DNA from: Okamejei kenojei
Lineage: Eukaryota
NCBI GenBank assembly: GCA_035221665.1
Contig: CM069160.1
Coordinates: forward strand, 34,348,001-34,412,000
Length of the DNA stretch: 64,000 bases
Direction of reading: 5' to 3'
Part shown: in pieces, positions 61,635-64,000 of the stretch
Position numbering within the stretch: the first letter of the stretch is position 1
How the letters are laid out: every line of letters starts with the position of its first letter
Notes under the pieces: generated by a model
Databases searched by the model: none
What the model was told of the DNA's origin: nothing
What the model saw: only the letters and a program-made list of their open reading frames with translations
Made by a program: the position numbers and the translations under genes

Positions 61635-62440
61635 CAGGAGCGGATCTACTATGAAACTAATGAAGCTTACCCTTCAGGGCCCCTAATCCTGGACGGGTTC
61701 CAGAAGCGACTTTAGTCCAATTGGTCTTCCGATTTAAATAGCAATTCCGAATTATTCTGATTTTTCACCTCGACTAACCCCCTCGCCTCCACTAAACTTC
61801 ACCTCACACTTAAACCTCAACCCACTAAACCTCGCCTCGACTAAACCTCCCACCTCACGACTAAACTCCACCTCTCACCTAATCCCCGCCTCGACTAGTT
61901 GCCGCCTCTCTCCCGCGGGGAGGGGCTGCGGCCGCCGGGGGTGGGGTGGGGGGGGGGGGGGATCGGGCTCCACATCAACATCAGCGCACGTACGCCCTTC
62001 CCCTGCCACATGCTCTCTAGGGCAATGCCGCTCTCCGCGCTCGGCCCCGAATAGTCGAGGCGCTGGTTAGTTAAGTTAAGGTGGGGTAAGTTGTGAGGTG
62101 AGATGTGAGGTTTATTTGAGATGCGAGGTTTAGTGAGGTACGGTTTAGTGGGGATTTAGGTGTGAGGAGAAGTTTAGTAGTGAGGTATCGTCGAGGCGAG
62201 GGGTTTAGTGAGGCGAAGGGCTTAGTCGAGGTGTATGTGTGTAGGTGAGGTGAAGTGAGCGAAAGTGAGGTGACGCCAAGTGGGTGTCTGAGGTGCTGCT
62301 GAAGGAGGCGAGACCACTGCCTTCTGTGGCAGAAAATTCCACAAATTCGCAACTCTGGGTGAACACGTTTTTTCTCATCACAGTGCGAGGGAAAGAGACA
62401 TTTCAATTAACATTTTTTGTAAAGATATTTTTAGCTGTAT
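61635..62440. mobile_element. hAT-MITE-like element with internal inverted arrays of short repeats
   Basis: Starts CAGGAGCGGATCT; (ACTAAACCTCNCCTC)n at 61770-61900 and its reverse complement at 62060-62275. Right end uncertain. Confidence 0.5.
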
Positions 62441-62449
62441 GAGGCCCTT

Positions 62450-62820
62450 TATTGAAACATGGAAGATTATTGAGGGTTTGGACACGCTAAAGGCAGGAAA
62501 CATGTTCCCGATGTTGGGTGAGTCCAGAACCAGGGGCCACAGTTTAAGAATAAGGGGTAACCAAATTGCAACGGAGATAAGGAAATACATTTGCACGCAG
62601 AGAGTTGTGAGTCTGCGGAATCCTCTGCCTCAGAGGGAGGTGGAGGCCAATTATCTGGATAATTTCAAGAGATAGCTAGATAGTGCTCTTAAAGATAGCG
62701 GAGTCAGGGGATATGGGGAGAAGGCAGGAACGGGGTACTGTTTGGGGATGATCAGCCACTGAATGGCGGTGGTGGCTTGAAGGGCCGAATGGCCTACTCC
62801 TGCACCTAATTGTCTATTTC
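62450..62820 (+). mobile_element. CR1 3' fragment
   Basis: [30 protein letters not shown] and the CR1 3' UTR. Confidence 0.85.
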
Positions 62821-62874
62821 ATGAAATAATATATCTTTTGGGGGTCAATTTTACTGCTTATGTGTGAGAAAAAT

Positions 62875-64000
62875 TCCAAGCTTCATTATCTGGGATTATA
62901 AGAACCACAGAATAAATACAAAACACTTATGTAAATCAAAAATAAATGGAGGTTTAGCATTGCCAAATGTTAGGTTTCATTATTGGGCAGTTAATATTAC
63001 AAAATATGAATTTTTGGGTTGGAAGGAACTGGACAAACAACCAGATTGGTTTAAAAATGGAAAAGGAAGAATTGTTTACCCTTTGAAATTGGATCGATAC
63101 TATTTGCTATTACTAATTAAGCAAAATACCTATAAAGAAAACCCAATAAATAGACAGTGAATACGTATTTTGGAAACAATTAAAGAAAACGCTAAAATTA
63201 GATTGTTTACCATTAGCAATTCCCATTGTAAAAAAATAAAAAAAAAAAAAAATGCTACATTTAAACCCTCAAGATGGATAAAGGTTTTTTTTACAATGGA
63301 AAAATCATGGAATTAATAATGATGGGTGATCTCAATAGGAAAAATTCCTTTCTTTCATTTCAGGAACTACAACACATTTATGGGCTTCACTCAAAAGACT
63401 ACTTTAGATATCTACAAATCTTTAGAGACTATGCTAAGTCAAATACACAGGATTATAGAAATAGAAAGAGAAATTCTTGATGAATGTTTGAATTAAACCC
63501 GAATACAGAAAAAATTGATATCTATATTTATAATATTTTATTAGATAATGATGCACCCCATGACGGAAATTATTAGGCAATCATGGGAAAATGAACTAGG
63601 CCAAAGTAATAGGGCCAGAAAATATGGGATGAAAGCTTACAACATATACATCACTGTTCGTTAAATGCTAGACATTCTTAATACAATTTAAAGTTTTACA
63701 TAGATTGCACTATTCAAAAACCAAATTAAACCTAATTTTCCCCATGTGTATCCCCTATTTGTGATAAATGTCAACACTTAAGCTAATCTTACGCACAAAC
63801 ATTTGTAAACTGTATAAAAATTAACTAATTTTTGGACGGAAATTGTTTTAAATAATTTCCTTGTTGTCAATAACAATCTGGTCCCTGATTCAAAATTAAT
63901 AATATTAGGAATACTAGAAACCAAATCAATTATTCACCAACGAACCAAAGAAACTTTTATCGATTATAAGTTTAATAATTGGGAAAAAAATTAATATTAA
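62875..64000 (+). mobile_element. 5'-truncated L1 (ORF2 3' part), same family as L1-A and L1-B
   Basis: FIIWDYKNHRINTKHLCKSKINGGLALPN..YWAVNI; colinear with 16780-17860. Confidence 0.9.

Overview
Vertebrate genomic DNA, most likely from a cartilaginous fish (skate or ray). This is inferred from the mix of CR1, V-SINE, Penelope and Tx1 repeats and from the butyrophilin exon style. The draft assembly is indel-rich and has three N gaps. Bases 1-25.2 kb are a nested retroelement stack. An L1 (A) is interrupted by a second full-length L1 (B, 1117-18333, 16-17 bp TSD) and by a DIRS tyrosine-recombinase element (about 18538-23674). L1-B itself carries an env-retaining, gag-pol-deleted endogenous retrovirus (2276-8333; 648-bp LTRs, tRNA-Pro PBS, ACGA TSD) and a HERO-like R2-group RLE retrotransposon (8447-12930) with a ~0.47-0.49 kb terminal direct repeat. 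The most notable signal lies in that repeat: the three strands of a hammerhead ribozyme core (GUA cleavage triplet, GAAAC, CUGAUGA) in a non-circularly permuted, pseudoknotted order, joined by a consensus kink-turn. Outside the poly(C) tract, the only two substitutions I found between the two copies form a compensatory base-pair swap in stem I. The right half holds a divergently transcribed pair of butyrophilin-like genes: a nearly complete leader-IgV-IgC-TM-B30.2 gene on the minus strand, and the leader plus IgV of a second gene on the plus strand. These sit among CR1, L1, Tx1, Rex1, Penelope (with minimal hammerheads), SINE, MITE-like and simple repeats.
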